Source: an uncultured archaeon (GTDB lineage: Archaea; Asgardarchaeota; Thorarchaeia; Thorarchaeales; Thorarchaeaceae). Taken from it: a DNA stretch of 64,000 nucleotides. The position numbers and the translations under genes were made by a program. The notes beneath the pieces are model-generated. The model ran no database searches. It worked only from the letters and a program-made list of their open reading frames with translations, and had not been told where the DNA came from. The stretch covers positions 8,903 through 72,902 of the forward strand of contig CAYYQL010000006.1 of the NCBI GenBank assembly GCA_964473825.1, in the 5' to 3' direction. This document shows, piece by piece, positions 26,948 to 36,109 of the stretch. The first letter of the stretch is position 1; every line of letters starts with the position of its first letter.

Positions 26948-29167
26948 TTGAGTACGCTAAGAGAATTGGAACTTGAACGGATATCTCCACATCTGCTAGA
27001 GATACTAAGAAGACAGGGATACGCATCACTCAGTGAGTTCCAGAAGAGTGCATTAAGGGAGGGATTGATGCGTGACGAAAACATCATCATGCAGACGCAT
27101 GACTTCGATGAGGCGTACAGGATAGGCGAGATTGCGCTACTAAACCAGGTGGCATCAAACTTCCGAGCAAGAGGCATCATCCTCTGTCAGAACCCTCATC
27201 AGGCGGAGAAACGGCTCTCCTCACTGAGCAAGAAGTGCAGCAGGCTTGGAATTAGGGTGACTCCGATAATAAGGAGAAGAGAAGCCACCGGCATCCTACC
27301 AACACGCGAAAGAGTCATTGTGGCCACAATTCGCTCACTAGGTATTGCCATTCAGTCGCAACCTGGCCTGCTAGATGATGTTAAGTCGATACTAGTGGAG
27401 AGGATAGATAGGATAGGACAACCGAATTATGGTGCAACTCTCGAGGGGATTCTGGTCAACCTCATGGGTGTTTCTGAGAGGGTTCAGTATATTGCCACAT
27501 GTCCTCCTGTGGCAGACATAGACGATCTAAGTAGATGGTTGAAGGCGGAGGTCGTTGAAGATCCAGAGCCAGAGATTAAGCGAATCTTCAGTGTGAAGGC
27601 CTTCCCTAGTATGGCCGAGTCACTCGCGGATCTTGCAGAATTTGTCCACTACAAAGAGGGACAGATCATGATACTCTGCTCAGACATCGATTCCGCGGAA
27701 GAGCTTGCGTATCAACTCACTGGCATTGATGATGTTCACGAAGACGCAGTACTAGACCTGCGACTCCTGCCTGAGAACCGCGACGAGTTAATTCGGCTTG
27801 CACAACAGATTGGAAGGCATTTCTTCGATTGCGAGTTGACTGACAGACTTCAGGATGTTGTTTCTAGGGGGGTTGCATTCTTTCATGAGGGAGTGCCCAG
27901 AATCCAAAGACGGATGATATCAGAGGCGTGGGAGGAACAGGTTCTCCCCGTCCTTGTAATGCCAACTCGTTTTGCGATTGCGAGCGGCCTCCGCGCCACG
28001 GTTGTCTTCCTCCTTGGCGCATACATGAGGGACGTGTATTCGGACTTATCTGGTCAAGAGGATCTCACAGTCTTATCAGAACTTCAGCTGTCCGATGTTC
28101 TCGAAAGGGCCGGCAGACCAACATTGGATAAAGAGGGGTTTGGAATAGTAGTAGTGGGCAGCGACGCGGAAAGGAGGCGCGTACTTGAGAGGTATTTCAT
28201 CAAAGATGAGGACCGAAATATATCGCCAAGGCTCGGAGAGGTTGACAGCTCCATGGACGACCCGGAGAACTTTCAGGATCTCCTCCTGAATCAGCTTTGT
28301 GCGGATTCAGACAGCTCCGATAATCCCTTCTCAATTCTTGACCGAACATACTGGGCCGCCTCGAAACGCAAAGTCGGTATCACAGCCGACTTGATGTCTC
28401 CAGTTGAGAACGCCAATGCTGAAACACTGATAGACCTCAGGACCAACAAGTCCACCCGCACCCGAGCGGCAGACATTCCAGATTCAAGTGTCAGAATAGT
28501 ATCAGTGACTCCATCCAAGATCGAAGGCCTGGTCCATAGTGGCTCACGGGAGCTCTGGCACTTTGTGGCCCTAAGAGCTGCCGAGGGCGTATCTTGTTCG
28601 TGCGAAGCATGGAAGTATCAGGGTATAAGCAGGCATCGCCTTTGCAAACACCTTGTGAAGTTCTCGAAGTTTGCTTTGGAAGACAATGATACGCGGCCTT
28701 ATGCAGCTTCAGTCATCGAACAGGCACTTCGAGGGCTCAGCCTAATCGACGAATTGGAACAGGAAGGTCTGGTTGTGAGAGAAGATAACAGAATCAAGTG
28801 TACGGTGCTCGGAGGTAGCGTCGCAAGACTAGGAGTTCCGGTCGGCGATGCGAGACAGGCCCTGAAGGCGCTCTCCGATAAGAAGGGGGATCTCTACTCC
28901 ATCCTACAGAGACTCTTGGTGAGTCGAACAGGTCTATCGGAAGACCTCATCCATGAAGTGCTCTCGTCCCTTCCCGCAGATTCCATTGAGCAGATAGGAA
29001 AGTGTGCAGAGCATATGCCCGGTGTTGTTGAGAACCTGCTCGAAGAGTCTCAGTATGTGAATTCCATTCTCCTTAGCCTCATGGCTAAAGATAAACGGAA
29101 TGAACTCGGTCGAAGAAGCCTAGAGTTGCAAGACTCACTTATGACTCTCCTAGAAGACCATTCTTAG
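26948..29167 (+). CDS. Ski2/Hel308-like helicase paralogue with degenerate ATPase motifs and a SWIM zinc finger
   Basis: The product is colinear with Hel308-type helicases: L..F Q motif SLSEFQKSAL, IVATIRSL, GATLEGIL, FFHEGV and ERAGRP. However, Walker A is THDFDEAY, Walker B is VERID and motif III is TCP. The SWIM finger CSCEAWKYQGISRHRLCKH lies in the C-terminal region. Confidence 0.65.
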   Translation: MSTLRELELERISPHLLEILRRQGYASLSEFQKSALREGLMRDENIIMQTHDFDEAYRIGEIALLNQVASNFRARGIILCQNPHQAEKRLSSLSKKCSRLGIRVTPIIRRREATGILPTRERVIVATIRSLGIAIQSQPGLLDDVKSILVERIDRIGQPNYGATLEGILVNLMGVSERVQYIATCPPVADIDDLSRWLKAEVVEDPEPEIKRIFSVKAFPSMAESLADLAEFVHYKEGQIMILCSDIDSAEELAYQLTGIDDVHEDAVLDLRLLPENRDELIRLAQQIGRHFFDCELTDRLQDVVSRGVAFFHEGVPRIQRRMISEAWEEQVLPVLVMPTRFAIASGLRATVVFLLGAYMRDVYSDLSGQEDLTVLSELQLSDVLERAGRPTLDKEGFGIVVVGSDAERRRVLERYFIKDEDRNISPRLGEVDSSMDDPENFQDLLLNQLCADSDSSDNPFSILDRTYWAASKRKVGITADLMSPVENANAETLIDLRTNKSTRTRAADIPDSSVRIVSVTPSKIEGLVHSGSRELWHFVALRAAEGVSCSCEAWKYQGISRHRLCKHLVKFSKFALEDNDTRPYAASVIEQALRGLSLIDELEQEGLVVREDNRIKCTVLGGSVARLGVPVGDARQALKALSDKKGDLYSILQRLLVSRTGLSEDLIHEVLSSLPADSIEQIGKCAEHMPGVVENLLEESQYVNSILLSLMAKDKRNELGRRSLELQDSLMTLLEDHS

Positions 29168-29248
29168 TTGCCGGCACTCAAGCTTTTTATGGTAGCTCCT
29201 TTTGGCCCCGACTAGAAGCAATGTTCATTTTCTCATTGGTGAAAGGTA

Positions 29249-30394
29249 ATGAAACTGTTCGAACATGAGGCAAAAGATATCTTTCGGGAGTTCAAGATGC
29301 CAACACCTCCCGGAGGTGTAGCAAAGACACCCGGAGAAGCGAAAAAGAGGGCCAAAGAGATTGGCAAACCGGTTGTTGTGAAGGCTCAGGTTCTCTCAGG
29401 TAAGAGAGGGAAGGCAGGCGGAGTGAAATTTGCAGATACTCCTGAAGAAGCTGAGAAACTCGCGGCAGAAATCTTGGAAATGCGAATTAACGACCTTCCT
29501 GTGGAAGCAGTTCTGGTCGAAGAAAAACTGAATGTCGCTCAAGAAATCTATGCAGGAATAACTATCGACCGGAATACACGACAGTATGTCGTGATCGGCA
29601 GTTCTTCGGGGGGAATGTCGATCGAAGAGCTTGCTGAAAGGAGTCCCGAGAAGATAATCAAGAAACCTGTTGACCCATTTCTCGGGTTCCAAGCGTACGA
29701 GGCCCAAGAGATGGCTGTGGCAATGGGCTTTGAGGGCAAGGATATTCTCAAACTTGCTGGCTTTTTCCTGAAACTCTGGAAGATAGTCGAGAAGTACGAT
29801 GTCGAACTGACAGAGATCAACCCCCTGATACTGACGGATGAAGGAGAGTTTCTTGCAGCAGATGCGAGGCTCAATATTGACAACAATGCACTCTACAGAC
29901 ATCAAGACCTGATGAAGAGTCTCGAAAGAAAGCCTCACGAACAGAATAAGAGGGAGCGCTTGGCTACTGAGGAGGGGATGGCATACGTTGAGTTAGACGG
30001 CAACATAGCCTGTATCTGTAATGGTGCAGGACTCACTATGGCCACGCTCGATGCGGTTGAACTCTATGGAGGCAAGGCGAGTACGTTTCTCGACCTCGGT
30101 GGAGGAGCAGATGCTAAACGGGTGGAACGCGGTGTAGAGATAGCACTGATGTATCCGAAGGTCAAGGCCATACTGGTCAACATCATGGCCGGTATTACTC
30201 GTTGTGATGAGGTGGCCCAAGGTCTGATATCTGCTAGAGATGATGGAGATATTACAGTCCCCCTAGTTGTCAGAATGGTCGGTACCAATGAAGAGAAGGG
30301 ACAGAAGATGTTGGATGAAGCAGGAATACCTTTCCTGGAAACCATGGAAGAGGCGGCTAGAAGGGTCGTTGATATCGTACAGGAGGAGAAGTAG
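29249..30394 (+). CDS. sucC: Succinyl-CoA synthetase (ADP-forming) beta subunit
   Basis: It has MKLFEHEAKDIF, an ATP-grasp N-terminal half and NGAGLTMATLD. It lies immediately upstream of the alpha subunit. Confidence 0.9.
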   Translation: MKLFEHEAKDIFREFKMPTPPGGVAKTPGEAKKRAKEIGKPVVVKAQVLSGKRGKAGGVKFADTPEEAEKLAAEILEMRINDLPVEAVLVEEKLNVAQEIYAGITIDRNTRQYVVIGSSSGGMSIEELAERSPEKIIKKPVDPFLGFQAYEAQEMAVAMGFEGKDILKLAGFFLKLWKIVEKYDVELTEINPLILTDEGEFLAADARLNIDNNALYRHQDLMKSLERKPHEQNKRERLATEEGMAYVELDGNIACICNGAGLTMATLDAVELYGGKASTFLDLGGGADAKRVERGVEIALMYPKVKAILVNIMAGITRCDEVAQGLISARDDGDITVPLVVRMVGTNEEKGQKMLDEAGIPFLETMEEAARRVVDIVQEEK

Positions 30395-31264
30395 ATGGCG
30401 GTATTGGTAGACAAGGGCACAAGAGTGATCATCCAAGGAATAACGGGCGCTCAGGGAACATTTCATTCTCAAGCCATGAAGGAGTACGGTACCAGAGTCG
30501 TCGCAGGGGTCACCCCAGGCAAAGGGGGGCAAGAGATTGCAGGGATACCGGTCTATGATACTGTTGCACAGGCAAAAGAGGAGGAGAACGCAACAGCCTC
30601 AGTCATCTTCGTTCCCGCCCGTTTCGCAACCGACGCTGCACTGGAAGCGATCGCAGCAGACCTGAATCCCGTCGTCATAATAACGGAGCACGTACCTGTA
30701 CGTGACGAGATTCGCGTGATACATGCTGCAGCAAGAAAGGGCATCACCATAATCGGCCCGAACACACCGGGTATTATCACTCCAGGAGCCAAACAGAAAC
30801 TTGGGATCATGCCAGGTCATGTCTTCTCGGCTGGCGATATAGGACTGATGTCTAGAAGCGGTACACTGACCTATGAGATTGCAGCAGGTATGACTGACGC
30901 GGGCATTGGTATAACCACGGCAATCGGACTGGGCGGCGACCCCTGTGTTGGCCTCACCACGCTCGAGGCTGTCAAACTCTTCGAGAAGGATAAGGACACC
31001 AAGGGGATGGTTCTCGTTGGTGAGATTGGTGGCGATGCCGAAGAACGGGCTGCTACGTACATCAAAGAGCACATCAATGTCCCTGTTGTTGGCTTCATCG
31101 CAGGGCGAACGGCACCTCCAGGCAAGAGAATGGGTCATGCAGGAGCAATAATCAGTGGCGGATCAGGAACAGCAGCCTCCAAGATTGAGGCGTTGAACTC
31201 AGCGGGTGTGAAAGTCGCTAAAAAGCCAAGCGACATCGCTCGGCTGCTCGAAGAGGCTATGTAG
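30395..31264 (+). CDS. sucD: Succinyl-CoA synthetase alpha subunit
   Basis: It has QGITGAQGTFHS, GVTPGKGG, SRSGTLTYE and the phospho-His loop MGHAGAII. The ATG directly abuts the sucC stop. Confidence 0.95.
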   Translation: MAVLVDKGTRVIIQGITGAQGTFHSQAMKEYGTRVVAGVTPGKGGQEIAGIPVYDTVAQAKEEENATASVIFVPARFATDAALEAIAADLNPVVIITEHVPVRDEIRVIHAAARKGITIIGPNTPGIITPGAKQKLGIMPGHVFSAGDIGLMSRSGTLTYEIAAGMTDAGIGITTAIGLGGDPCVGLTTLEAVKLFEKDKDTKGMVLVGEIGGDAEERAATYIKEHINVPVVGFIAGRTAPPGKRMGHAGAIISGGSGTAASKIEALNSAGVKVAKKPSDIARLLEEAM

Positions 31265-31382
31265 GACGTCTGTTCTTCAGCTGAGTCGATGTTAGAACGA
31301 TAGTTTTTTAACACGACTCGGCTGGGAAGCCTGAGGCGGCTCACGAGACCATCAACCGCCTTTACGCAAAGAGGTCTACAAA

Positions 31383-31541
31383 ATGCCAGTTGCAGATATT
31401 GAAAAGCGCAGGTTAGCTCAACACTACTTGCTCTACAAGTCGGTGTGTCGCGAGTGCGGAGCAACAAATCCGTATAAGGCTAAGAAGTGCAGAAAGTGCA
31501 AGGGTAAAGACCTCCGACCGAAGAGGCGCTCCAGAAGATAG
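31383..31541 (+). CDS. rpl40e: Ribosomal protein eL40
   Basis: This ORF is not in the track because it is under 60 aa. My translation reads [52 protein letters not shown], which has the C-x2-C...C-x2-C zinc ribbon and basic tail of L40e. Confidence 0.8.
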   Translation: MPVADIEKRRLAQHYLLYKSVCRECGATNPYKAKKCRKCKGKDLRPKRRSRR

Positions 31542-31570
31542 TAACCATCTTGCGTGGCCAGTCTTATGAT

Positions 31571-31646
31571 GGGCCGGTGGTCTAGGGGTTATGACATCGC
31601 TCTCACACAGCGAGAATCAGGAGTTCGAATCTCCTCCGGCCCACCA
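31571..31646 (+). tRNA. tRNA-Val (anticodon CAC), intron-less, genomically encoded CCA
   Basis: The cloverleaf was folded by hand. The acceptor is GGGCCGG/CCGGCCC, the anticodon stem TCGCT/AGCGA, the loop CTCACAC, the T arm AGGAG-TTCGAAT-CTCCT, the discriminator A, then CCA. Confidence 0.9.
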
Positions 31647-31682
31647 CAATCAAACTCAGCACACTTGAAAGAGGCTTAACAC

Positions 31683-31898
31683 ATGCCAAAGCAAATCCAC
31701 GATGTCGAGAAATTCCTCGAGATGACCGAGGATGCAACTGAATGTCGCGTCAAGAGGGGTTCAGACCAGGTCAAGCTTAAACTACGAACCACCAAGTATC
31801 TCTATACACTCATTTTGGAGCCACAAGAGGCCGAGGCAGTTATCGAACAGGTCAAGTGTCAGGTTGTTGAGGCACGGCCAGAACCAGAGGAGATCTAG
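31683..31898 (+). CDS. rpl38e: Ribosomal protein eL38
   Basis: MPKQIHDVEKFLEMTED...VKLKLRTTKYLYTLILEPQEAEAV parallels eukaryotic L38 (MP..I..I.DFL......VK.K.R...YLYTLV). Confidence 0.8.
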   Translation: MPKQIHDVEKFLEMTEDATECRVKRGSDQVKLKLRTTKYLYTLILEPQEAEAVIEQVKCQVVEARPEPEEI

Positions 31899-31900
31899 CT

Positions 31901-33166
31901 CTAGATCTCCACGGTTTCGTCAGTCTCGGGTACATGTGCAGTTTTGCCTTTCTTTGTGAGCTTCTCTTGAAGTGCATCAGCTGACTCTGACTCACCGTGT
32001 ACAATGTGGAACTCAGGCTCACCGGGGATCTTCATGAGCAAGTCCAGAAGACCCTCTGAGTCAGAATGGCTACTCAGATGATGATACATAATCTGAGCCT
32101 TCACGTCGTACTCTCTATTGCGGATGGTCACCTTTTTCTTCTCGAGCAGTTCTGCACCGGGTGTACCGGGAATCTGATAGCTCACCAGCACAATGGCATT
32201 GTTGGGATTATCATGCACATCCAGGAAATACCTGTGTGATGCACCACCCTTGAGCATGCCTGCAGGTGAGATGATGATGCCGTTAGACTGTGCAGCCATC
32301 TTCCGGTCCTTGTTGGTCCGAATGGTCCGAATTCTCTGCATCGCCTGTTTGAATGCCTTTGGCGAGCCTATGTAGTTCGGATGCTTCAAGATTATCTCGT
32401 TCACTTTACGGGCCATTCCATCAACATAGATTGGATACTCTTTCGGAATGTTATACTGCTCAAGAATACACATGATTTCTTGGCTACGGCCCACAGCAAA
32501 CGCCGGGATCAAAACTGTACCACCGCGTTCTAGGGTTTCGAGAACTGTATCAACGAGAGCATGTTCGATTTCTTCTCGGTCAGGGTTTCGTCTTCTGGCA
32601 TATGTGCTCTCAGTGACGACTACGTCGTGCTTTGGCAGGTTCTTCCTCGCACCAGAGCAGAGTCTTGATTCATCTCCGTTGAAGTCGCCAGTGAATAGCA
32701 CTCTCTTTCCATTCACTCTAACCGATACCATAGCGCTTCCAGGAATGTGGCCTGCATTGAAGAGTGTGATCTCAAAACTCCGGCCTAGTGGAAAAGTCTC
32801 TTCGTATGGTGTATGATTGTACTGCCGCCTCAGGCGGGTTATGTCTTTTCGGGTGAATGGTAGACGCCCTTTAGAGATATGATACATGTCACGAAGAAGG
32901 AGCATCGTAAGATCACGAGTTGCAGGAGTGCAAAACAGTTGAATGTCAGGATTCTTCAGGATGATTGGGACGCCGCCCGAATGATCAAGATGTGCGTGAG
33001 TGATTGCAACGCCCTGTAGGTCATGAGTTGGTACAGTGGCTGGAAAGGCTGGAGGGTTCTGGAATTTGACGCCGTAATCTACGAGCATGGATTCGCCGTT
33101 TTCTTTGATAAGGAATCCTGAGCGTCCAATCTCTCTACAAGAACCCAGAAACGTTAATTGTGTCAT
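31901..33166 (-). CDS. beta-CASP metallo-beta-lactamase ribonuclease without KH domains (aCPSF2-like)
   Basis: It has HAHLDHSG, a later GH motif (NAGHIPGS), TESTYA and SSHSD, in a 421-aa product. Confidence 0.85.
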   Translation of the reverse strand: MTQLTFLGSCREIGRSGFLIKENGESMLVDYGVKFQNPPAFPATVPTHDLQGVAITHAHLDHSGGVPIILKNPDIQLFCTPATRDLTMLLLRDMYHISKGRLPFTRKDITRLRRQYNHTPYEETFPLGRSFEITLFNAGHIPGSAMVSVRVNGKRVLFTGDFNGDESRLCSGARKNLPKHDVVVTESTYARRRNPDREEIEHALVDTVLETLERGGTVLIPAFAVGRSQEIMCILEQYNIPKEYPIYVDGMARKVNEIILKHPNYIGSPKAFKQAMQRIRTIRTNKDRKMAAQSNGIIISPAGMLKGGASHRYFLDVHDNPNNAIVLVSYQIPGTPGAELLEKKKVTIRNREYDVKAQIMYHHLSSHSDSEGLLDLLMKIPGEPEFHIVHGESESADALQEKLTKKGKTAHVPETDETVEI

Positions 33167-33354
33167 CTATTCTACTTCCAAGGATAAGGCCGATGGATTC
33201 TCAAGAAAAGGTTTGCGAAACAGTACATTGTGCATCTATCGAAAACTGTGCTAGTCTTTCTCTTTCATATTTGTCAATGTAATCGAAATCAATATTAGAA
33301 CCACAACGCTTTATCAATGAGTCATATATAGCAACGACTGCGGAGAGAGCTTGG

Positions 33355-33663
33355 GTGACGGAGGAAGAATCCGGGAGCAGACCAAGAAAGAAACACAGCG
33401 AATCTACGATTCTCGTCGGGTCCAAGAACGTGATGTCCTACGTACTGGCGTGCAAGACGCTATTCGACAAGGGTGCATCTGAAGTCTCAATCAAAGCGAG
33501 GGGACGACTGGTCAGTAGAGCAGTAGATGTGGCAGAAATCACACGGCACAGATTCATGCCTGACCTTGAGGTGAAGGACATCATAATCGGTACTACTACA
33601 GTGCAGACAGACAAAGGTAGCGACCTGAACGTTTCGACCATCAACATCATTCTTGCAAAGTAG
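33355..33663 (+). CDS. albA: Alba chromatin/RNA-binding protein
   Basis: [49 protein letters not shown] is the Alba signature. It has a short basic N-terminal extension. A TATA-like CATATATAGC lies about 25 nt upstream of the GTG. Confidence 0.85.
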   Translation: MTEEESGSRPRKKHSESTILVGSKNVMSYVLACKTLFDKGASEVSIKARGRLVSRAVDVAEITRHRFMPDLEVKDIIIGTTTVQTDKGSDLNVSTINIILAK

Positions 33664-33702
33664 TAAACAGAACGTTCATATGGCACTCGACACGAACTAG
33701 TT

Positions 33703-34317
33703 GTGTCCAGAGCTTGGGCGAGGTTTCATTTCATGCGTTTACCTGTCTGTATATTTGATTTAGAGTCTGATATGCTATGCCCAAACTGTCAGAACAGGCT
33801 GGACACTGGACAGATAACTCAATTTGATGTAGATTTTTCAAAATGGCTTCTGAGCGAGTCGGATGAGCATCCATCTCTAAGAGATCTGAGTTTGCGAAGA
33901 GCTGTTAAGGCGGGACCACGAGTCGTACTGGTTGTCAAGAAGGAGAGGGACAAGGCCATTCTAGAATCAGCAGAGGGTCTACTGGATCAGATAGCTGACC
34001 TCTACGGGAAACCTCTGATACTTACTGGACCAGTCAAGCTGCGTCGCGTGATAAGAACGCTCATAGATCCCATCATCGAGGTGGGTGTGAACAGCCTCTA
34101 TCTGCCTGATGGCACTCGAGAGAGCATCGTGATGCTCAGACCAGAAGACCGGATGAGGATAGAGTACACTCCAGATGAATTGAGAATCATTGCATCGGCA
34201 GTCATAGGGGAAAGCGTCCTCTTCGAGTTCCAAGAGAAAGAGCAAGACGAAGAAGAGCAAGAAGACGCCTTTGACGAGAAGATGAGAGAGTTCAGTTCCC
34301 GGAGGAGAACCCGATAG
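33703..34317 (+). CDS. Zinc-ribbon protein with a KH-like/NusA-like middle domain and an acidic tail (function unknown)
   Basis: It has CPNCQNRLDTG near the N-terminus (the probable true start is MLCPNC...), a mixed alpha/beta core and a C-terminal EKEQDEEEQED tail. The family was not firmly recognised. Confidence 0.45.
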   Translation: MSRAWARFHFMRLPVCIFDLESDMLCPNCQNRLDTGQITQFDVDFSKWLLSESDEHPSLRDLSLRRAVKAGPRVVLVVKKERDKAILESAEGLLDQIADLYGKPLILTGPVKLRRVIRTLIDPIIEVGVNSLYLPDGTRESIVMLRPEDRMRIEYTPDELRIIASAVIGESVLFEFQEKEQDEEEQEDAFDEKMREFSSRRRTR

Positions 34318-34323
34318 GAGAGC

Positions 34324-35682
34324 TCACACCCTCTCTATGGGATGATTCTTCATTATCTCCCTGAGTACTACGGTGGCATAGCACCCTTTCCGCAGCCTGA
34401 ACCTCAGCTGGAGACCCCTGTCCATACACTTGGATTCCAGATCTGGAACGGAGATTGATATCAGATGAAGACCTCCTGCAGAATCGATTGCTCTGGAATT
34501 CTCGTTCCTGAAGTCAAGAAGAGTGATACCCTCATCATCCAGAATTGAACGGAGTGCGTTCGTCTGAGAGGTGGGGGGCATCTTCGTGGCATAGCCCGGC
34601 ACGGGAGCTGCAATGCCAAATCGGCCCTTCTCCACTAATTTGGCCCTTTCCTCTAGATTCTTCTCAGTAACATACAGCCATGAATCGCGACCAGAGTGAG
34701 GTTCATCCAGTTGTATCAGGAAGTCTCCAGGAACAGGAGAGTCAAGGGGTAGTCTGTCTTCATGTCGTCTGCTAATAAGGCGATTGAAGAGATAGGATTG
34801 ATAGGCATGTACAAAGAGAGTGCGAATTCGTGGAGATATCTGTCTGAAGGCTCGTTCATAATCGCCGGGATTCTTCGTGAGAAAGCGTGCGATGTTCTTC
34901 TCATATCTCAATCCATCAGGGAGGGCTTCAACGACCGACTCGTCAAAGACAAGCTCTTCGGCAAGCTGTTTCCGAATTGAAGTAATCTTCTCATCTTCGT
35001 ATTGACTCAAAGTGGTAAGCATGATGCGGACTGCCCCTTCAAAATCACCTTTGATAGCAGCCTTTCCGACTAGGTGAGTATAGGGCCGGACTACACCGAA
35101 TCGCTGTTCACCGAAGTAGTTGAGGAGAGGGGTCGTCTGCACTGCCTCTGCTGCCTCTAGAGCAGCCTCCTCAGATTCTATGTTCCGGAGATATATTGAG
35201 AAACGATTACCCCAAAGATCCCCAACACGCACCGGCTCGGGATTGTAGCATATATCCCTCAGGCATATATTGTACAGCTGTAACTGGTTGAGTTCAGCAG
35301 CAGACTTTGCAGGTACTGACATTGCCTGTGTAGTTATTGCCCTCTTGTCCTTAAGCCCGGCATATGAAACCAGATGCCGTGAAATGCCAAGTTCTGCGGC
35401 GATTATGTTTGCCACATCGAGGGTGGTGAGACCCATCTTCTGTACAACGAATCGCGCATACTTCGCTGGTTCCCCTGAAATGGGAAGCGTTTCTTCTATC
35501 GATTGTTCATTGCTGTCTGACCACGCTTCCATGTGAAGAACTCGACCTGCAGGAGTGATCTCTTCGACCAGAAAGTCGTCGAAACGTGCTTTCAGGCGGC
35601 CTCCCACACCTTCTACATCTGTAGAGTAATACTCCATGCCAAGACTGCGTTCTAGAGGATAGGTGGTACGCATCAGGATCAC
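34324..35682 (-). CDS. truD: tRNA pseudouridine synthase TruD/Pus7 family
   Basis: It has YAGLKDKRAIT (catalytic Asp), NYFGEQRFG and HAYQSYLFN. Confidence 0.85.
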   Translation of the reverse strand: MILMRTTYPLERSLGMEYYSTDVEGVGGRLKARFDDFLVEEITPAGRVLHMEAWSDSNEQSIEETLPISGEPAKYARFVVQKMGLTTLDVANIIAAELGISRHLVSYAGLKDKRAITTQAMSVPAKSAAELNQLQLYNICLRDICYNPEPVRVGDLWGNRFSIYLRNIESEEAALEAAEAVQTTPLLNYFGEQRFGVVRPYTHLVGKAAIKGDFEGAVRIMLTTLSQYEDEKITSIRKQLAEELVFDESVVEALPDGLRYEKNIARFLTKNPGDYERAFRQISPRIRTLFVHAYQSYLFNRLISRRHEDRLPLDSPVPGDFLIQLDEPHSGRDSWLYVTEKNLEERAKLVEKGRFGIAAPVPGYATKMPPTSQTNALRSILDDEGITLLDFRNENSRAIDSAGGLHLISISVPDLESKCMDRGLQLRFRLRKGCYATVVLREIMKNHPIERV

Positions 35683-35683
35683 T

Positions 35684-36052
35684 TCAGAGCAGCTTCAGGT
35701 CACCTGTGATTTTATCGACTTCGTTTGACCTCGCAGGACCTATGCCAATCACAGTGGTAGTGCCAGGTGCAAGTTCGGTCATCCCTGCATCTCTAATCAC
35801 AGCCCGAGGAAGTCCCTCAGCAATGGCCCTTCGTTCGAGGTCTAATATGGCCTCCTCAGAGTCGACTTTAACAACCACTTTCTTTTGACCCTCGCCCATC
35901 CATGCACGCCAGACCTCTTGCCGACCTGATCTAGCCTTCTCTGCAGCGCTCACTGCACCATGAGCTACCTGTACCGCGATCTTACCTCGCGTCATGTCAA
36001 GATCAGTCCTGACAGCTATCACTTGTTTGAAGGCAAAGGATCTATTGGTCAA
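35684..36052 (-). CDS. pth2: Peptidyl-tRNA hydrolase, archaeal/eukaryotic Pth2 type
   Basis: It has KQVIAVRTDLDMTRGKIAVQVAHGAV ... KKVVVKV ... IRDAGMTELAPGTTTVIGIGP. Confidence 0.9.
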   Translation of the reverse strand: MTNRSFAFKQVIAVRTDLDMTRGKIAVQVAHGAVSAAEKARSGRQEVWRAWMGEGQKKVVVKVDSEEAILDLERRAIAEGLPRAVIRDAGMTELAPGTTTVIGIGPARSNEVDKITGDLKLL

Positions 36053-36109
36053 CCATAATCAACTCCACAGGTTCCTCACGAAATCCAACCTGGGCCACAG
36101 ATAAAAAGG

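Noticed and set aside
33201-33425. 74-aa minus-strand ORF lies between aCPSF2 and Alba.
   Set aside because: It occupies the divergent promoter region and overlaps the Alba N-terminus. It has no motif support.
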